From: the human T2T-CHM13v2.0 reference genome, Homo sapiens
Length of the DNA: 64,000 nucleotides
Assembly: GCF_009914755.1 (NCBI RefSeq)
Contig: NC_060925.1
Direction: 5' to 3' (one strand)
Shown one piece after another: positions 53,380 through 64,000 of this stretch (positions within the stretch are counted from its first letter, which is position 1; each line of letters begins with the position of its first letter). The notes beneath the pieces are model-generated. The model had not been told where the DNA came from and made no database searches. It was given only the letters and a program-made list of their open reading frames with translations. The position numbers were made by a program, and so were the translations under genes.

Positions 53380-55010
53380 ATAAAAATAATGAATCTGTTT
53401 CCTGGAATATAACAGGCTAGTTTATTTGGACTAGCCCTCTGTTTTTGAAAAGGATTTTCAAATACTGGATTTTAAAAATCCAACTTCTCAAAAGTATCAA
53501 AGATTATGAAAATATTAAGGTAAAGCCTGAGAGGTCAGCAGAATACTGAAACTGCTTTTGCATTGAATGTCTTTACTGAAGGCAAACTTGAACTTCAGTT
53601 TTGATATCCTCATGGCATGGGGAGGATAAAAGTCAAAGCCAAAGGTCCATGCAAGAGAGAGAATATAAAAGAAGGTACAACTCAAATTAAACTGGGCCCT
53701 AAGAGACTATATCCTTAGAACATTAAGTCAAAAGTAAGCTCTTCTATCCCCCGGCAGATTACAGAAAGATTGCATTAGCACTGAACTGAGCAGATGGAGG
53801 AGGAGGGCAGGAGGGAGGAGAAATCTAGACAAGGTTACCACAAAGTAACCTTCTTCAGGCAGATTTTCTGCTCAAATTCATCCTACCTGAATGGTTCAGT
53901 GGTCCTGGACTGGGAGAGCCACCTATGTGTGGGATAGAAGCAAACACAAATTCCTTCTGTAGAAAGACACCTTTATCCTAGCCCTGAAATAATACTCTCA
54001 AATAATTTTTCTAGGGCAGTAAGTACCAGTCACTAAAAATAACCATGTGTGCAAAGAAACAAATTACTCTGAACAAGAATTAGTAGAAACAACAATGAAG
54101 TGAAATATACCTACAAAGACTTTTTATATTAGAATTATAAGACAACTATACTTATTGTGTTTAAAGACATAAAAGGCTGAAAACCTCTGCAGGAAACTAC
54201 ACAAAGATTTGAAAAAGTGTCAAAAGAATTTCTAAAATGGAAAGATATAATATAGAAATTTAAAAACTTAGTGGATGGGTGGTTTAACTAAAAAATTGGT
54301 TAGAATATATTATCCAGCATGTAGCATAGGGGGTTAAGAGGTTAAATACGGAAGAAAGATTATGAAAAATGGAGAATGGAGAGAAAAGATCTAACGTAGT
54401 TTTAACTGGAGTTATAGAGTGAGAATAGGGCAAACATAGAACAGAGGTGATATTTGAAGAAATAATGAGTGATAATATTCTAGAACTGATTAAAAACACT
54501 AGCCTGCAGTTTCAAGAAGCCTAACAAATCCCAAGCAGGATAAATAAAATCTCTAATCTAGATACATCAAAGACAAACTTCAGACCAGAGACAAAGAGAA
54601 AAATCATAAAGATAGCTAGAGAAACATTAGAATACCTTCAAAGATACAATAGTTAGATTGACAGTTGACTTCTCAACAACAGTGGAAGCCAGTAGAGTGC
54701 TATCTTGAATGTTGATGAAGGACAATAACTGCCTACCTAGGATTCTAAACCCAGTGAAAATATATGTCAGAATGAGGGCTAATTAAAGACATTTTCAATC
54801 AAAAGAGAGTTTTCTGTCAGCACATCTTATTGAAGGAAATTCTAAATAATGTATTTCAGATGGAAGGAAAGTGATCTCAGATGGAAAGTCTGAAAAGCAG
54901 AAAGAAATGAAGAACAAAAAAAGTGGTAAAGATGTGAAAAGACTAGTCACAGGGAGAAGACATTGCTATATATATTTAATAGCAAAGGACTAGCATTTAG
55001 AATATATAAA
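53380..55010 (+). mobile_element. Degenerate old L1M/HAL1-like fragment (ORF1 region)
   Basis: A-rich; tttcaagaagcctaacaaatcccaagcaggataaat, gacttctcaacaacagtggaagccag, ggattctaaacccagtgaaaatat. Confidence 0.7.
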
Positions 55011-55135
55011 GAATTCGGCCAGGCGTGGTGGCTCACACCTGTAATCCCAGCACTTTGGGAGGCCAAGGTGGGCAGATCACGAGGTCAGGAGTTCAAGACC
55101 AGCCTGGCCAACATGGTGAAACCCTGTCTCTACTA

Positions 55136-57960
<2,825 letters not shown>

Positions 57961-57972
57961 ATTTTATCTATC

Positions 57973-58336
57973 TGTATTAGTCCATTTTCACACTGCTATA
58001 AAGATACTACCTGAGACTGGATACTTTATAAATAAAAGAGGTTTAATTGACTCACAGTTCTGCGTGGCTGGATAGGCCTCAGGAAACTTACAACCATGGT
58101 AGAAAGCTAAGGGGAGGCAAGGCATGTCTTACATGGTGGCAGGAGAAAGAGAAAGAGAGTGCAGGGGAAATACCAGACACTTACCAAACAACCGGATCTC
58201 ATGAGAACTCCCTCACTAACACGTGAACACTAACACCCCCATGATCCAATCACTTCCCACCAGGTCCCTCCCTTCGCACGTTGGGATTACAATTCGAGAC
58301 GAGATTTGAGTGGGGACATAGAGCCAAACCATATCA
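57973..58336 (-). mobile_element. MSTA/THE1-type MaLR solo LTR
   Basis: tgtattagtccattttcacac ... gagccaaaccatatca; target-site duplication ctatc/ctacc. Confidence 0.88.
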
Positions 58337-58349
58337 CTACCATTGCCTT

Positions 58350-59873
<1,524 letters not shown>

Positions 59874-60367
59874 TGATCTGCCCACCTCGGCCTCTCAAAG
59901 TGCTGGGATTGGGATTACAGGCATGAGCCACCGCACCCAGCCTGTTTTTAAATTATAAAAGTAATACATCCATTAGACTGATTTTTTAATAATAATGATA
60001 TTTATTCTTACAGCTTGATTATAAAGCATACTTTTTCCTCATCAAACAGTAACACCTGAAAGATTCGATTGCTAGTCTTTCACCAAATGCCAAAAATCCT
60101 GGTGAATTCTCTTTTAAAGTAGCACTATATGCTTGCCTAACTTTCTTAATTCAATAGTATTAGATAAATTACCATTGGAAAGACTATTTTTCAAAAACGT
60201 TATTATATGCCAAAGAGGAGACTATGATAAATCAGAGTTATTGTAAGAATTAAACAAAATAATATACAGAATAATAGTTCCCAATAAGTTCTGTTAAATC
60301 AAAATCTGCCACGATTTGAAGCAGCCTTCTTGAAAATAAAGGTTAGTGGGCTGGGCGCTGTGGCTCA

Positions 60368-60724
<357 letters not shown>

Positions 60725-61540
60725 TTAGCAACGTTCTCAAAGATCTCATATACTCTTTTTTTTTTTTTTTTTTGAGATGGAGTCTTGCTCTGTTGTCCAG
60801 GCTGGAGTGCAGTGGCGCAATCTCAGCTTACTGCAGCCTCCGCCTCCCTGATTCAATTCTCCTACCTTAGCCTCCTGAGTAGCTGGGACTACAGGTGCCC
60901 GCCACCACGTCCAGCTAATTTTTTTTGTATTTTTAGTAGAGACGGGGTTTCACCATATTGGCCAGGCTGGTCTTGAACTCCTGACCTTGTGATCTGCCCA
61001 CCTCAGCCTCCCAAAGTGCTGGGATTACAGGCGTGAGCCACTGCGCCCGGCCAGATCTCATATACTTTTGACCACACATCAGTAAAAATCAAAAAAACCT
61101 TAGGAGAAAAAAAGGTAACACCATTTACATTAGACTGATTTTTGAAGTGAATCTGCTTTAGTGCCTACTGTGCTATGTCCATTTAAAAAATTTTTACATG
61201 TTCTGAAATTTTGTATTCTTGCAAGTTTATCTACCTCCCCCTAAATTTTAAAATATTTTATTGTTGTTATTTTTATTTTTAGCCCTTTCTCCTACGCATA
61301 TTATTCTCCACCCTGTTCAGTATGGTTTCTGTTCAGGACTCAAACTGGAATGCAGATTTTCTTCAACCACTTTACACCCACTTCTTAGTTGAGACAGATT
61401 GCCAGAGTCCTATGTAATCTTACAGATTCTGTGGGTGTCAAAGGATGTTGCTTCTTTATACTGTGCTAAGGAAGCCCTTGTTTTGTGTGTCTGTGATGTG
61501 TTTCTGGATGACAGCAGCAATAATACCATCTACTTTCTAG

Positions 61541-61584
61541 GCAGAAGAGAGGCAAAGAGAGGAGCAGCTGGTCTCATTTGACAG
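61541..61584 (+). CDS. STX12: STX12 exon 5 (AEERQREEQLVSFD), 44-nt linker exon
   Basis: tttctag acceptor; donor GTAATA at 61585; phase 0 to 2 links exons 4 and 6. Confidence 0.92.
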
Positions 61585-62283
61585 GTAATAGAATTATTCA
61601 TACAACCTGCTGGATAGTTGAGATGGGAATCTATCTCGTTATATTTTAATTTTAAAAATCAATGAAAAAATAGAGGGCAAAAATAAGGGGGCACCTGGAG
61701 TGGATAACATAATCCACAGAATAAAATTAAAAAGGCAAAACCATGGGCTTTTCCAAGCTCTTTGAGTTATTGGAAGGAGTAATTTCAAGGTGAATAAAAA
61801 CTTCCAAGAAACCATTGATGTCTATGTGTTAAGCAGAGAGCTTGACTCCCTAGGAATAAGTATGAACCTACATGTCTACAGATTAGGAAGTCTAAGTCAT
61901 CTTACCTCTAATGCAGATTTAAACCCATCAGAGTTCTTGGGTCTCTACTCATTTATAAAATGGAAGCAACTCATCCTTCTAGGAGTATTAAGAGGGAAAC
62001 CAGACAATTTGTATCTGAATGATGTTCTTAACTTCTCCAAACTAATCACATGGAAGTGTATTTGTGGTATTAGTTCAGAACTTGATATGTTTTAGCATAG
62101 ATACACATCCATCCCTCCCCACTACACTATGAGCACCTCAAAGGCTTGGGGACTCTGTCTTACTTAGTTTTGTATCTCTAGCACGAAGAGGACGTTATTT
62201 AAACATTGTAGGGGTGAAGTATGATTTATGATACTGATGGGAAAACACATAATAATGGAAAATTTCAAAGTGTTTTATATCTA

Positions 62284-62565
<282 letters not shown>

Positions 62566-63457
62566 TCACTCCGGCCTGGATGAAAGAGCGAAACTCCGTC
62601 TCAAAAAAAAAAAAAAAAGCCAGGCATGGTGGCTCAAGCCTGTAATCACAGCACTTTGGCAGGTTGAGGCAGGAGGATAGCTTAAAGCCAGGAGTTTGAG
62701 ACCAGCCTGGGCAACAAAGCAAGACCCCCATTTCTAAAAAGAATTTTTTAAAAAGTGTTATAACATTTCACTAGCTTTCTGTTAAGAGGGTTTTTTATGG
62801 ATTGTTTTTTAATAGAGATGAGGGTTTTGCTATGTTAGCCAGGTTGGTCTTGAACTCCTGGCCTCAAGCAGTCCTCCTGCCTCGGCCTCCCAAAGTGCTA
62901 GGATTACAGGCATGAGCCACCGCGCCTGGCCTGTTAAGAGGTATTTAACCCAAAGCATAACCCCAAGGAAATTTTGGAAAACTAGGAGATGTGATTCTGT
63001 TGAACTAACTGGCAAAGCACTGATAGGTCACTTAGCTTGCTCTTCTCCACCCACTTAGTACTGAAGGTACTAATGCAGCTTGCACTTTGAGAGTGCCCTG
63101 GAAGATGATGGTGCAACATAATTCAATGAGTTCAAATCTCTGGCTACTTTCCTTGTCTGGCAAGCCCCAGTGAGATTACAGAGTATACCCCTAAATGGAA
63201 ACAGCCAGGAGTCCCATCCGTCATAATTCTGCCACATGTCAGCTTTGCCCATGGAAGCTGAGTCTTTGTTTTCCTGATATCATCAGCTCTTTGCTTCTGG
63301 ATATGAAGAATGTGGCCCTCCAAGACTTTATTGATAGCAGAGGACTGGAGCCCTGGTAATGTCTTTGCATAGGTTCTGCTGGCAGTAGAGATGTTGGAGA
63401 TATGTCTTGTTATGCCTTTGAGAGGAGAAATCACCTAGTGTGCCTGTTTCCCTGCAG

Positions 63458-63563
63458 CCATGAGGAGTGGAACCAGATGCAGAGCCAGGAGGATGAGGTG
63501 GCCATCACTGAGCAGGATTTGGAACTTATTAAAGAAAGAGAAACGGCAATTCGGCAGCTGGAG
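63458..63563 (+). CDS. STX12: STX12 exon 6 (SHEEWNQMQSQEDEVAITEQDLELIKERETAIRQLE), start of Qa-SNARE motif
   Basis: cctgcag acceptor; donor GTGAGA at 63564; 106 nt, phase 2 to 0; the ERExAIRQLE motif is typical of STX7/STX12. Confidence 0.95.
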
Positions 63564-63680
63564 GTGAGAGCCACGTCATGTTTTTTGTTTGACTCAGTGT
63601 GTCTGCAGGTATCTGAACTCCTTAGTTCACTTTAATTCTCTTAGTGATTATGAAAAGGCATAAAATGTGTCATTGTGTGA

Positions 63681-63914
<234 letters not shown>

Positions 63915-64000
63915 TAGTAGAGACGGGGTTTCTCCATGTTGGTCAGGCTGGTCTTGAACTCACGACCTCAGGTGATCCACCCTCATCGGCCTCCCAAAGT

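Overview
Human-like (primate) genomic DNA, very rich in Alu and other repeats. Spliced exon translations identify two tandem + strand genes; from recall, the locus is human chr1p35.3. (1) The last four coding exons and 3' UTR of FAM76A (361-~14410; stop at 11872-11874). (2) The CpG-island promoter and coding exons 1-6 of STX12, syntaxin-12 (ATG 24602; 192 codons reconstructed with consistent GT-AG phases; the gene continues past the window). The rest is about 70 Alus, MIR/L2/L1 relics, solo LTRs (LTR12-type, MaLR, MER-type) and DNA transposon fossils. Nearly all ORFs in the supplied track are Alu or simple-repeat artefacts. I find no evidence of a new multi-gene system. The best leads are RNA-processing and regulatory signals: a miR-34/449 seed cluster with tandem poly(A) sites in the FAM76A 3' UTR, a promoter-proximal intronic poly(A) site, a candidate poison exon and an in-frame alternative acceptor in STX12, an antisense LTR12 with four CCAAT boxes, inverted Alus around STX12 exons 2-3, a quasi-palindromic AT minisatellite, and a templated fold-back insertion inside an Alu. 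Repeat boundaries and subfamilies were judged by eye and are approximate.
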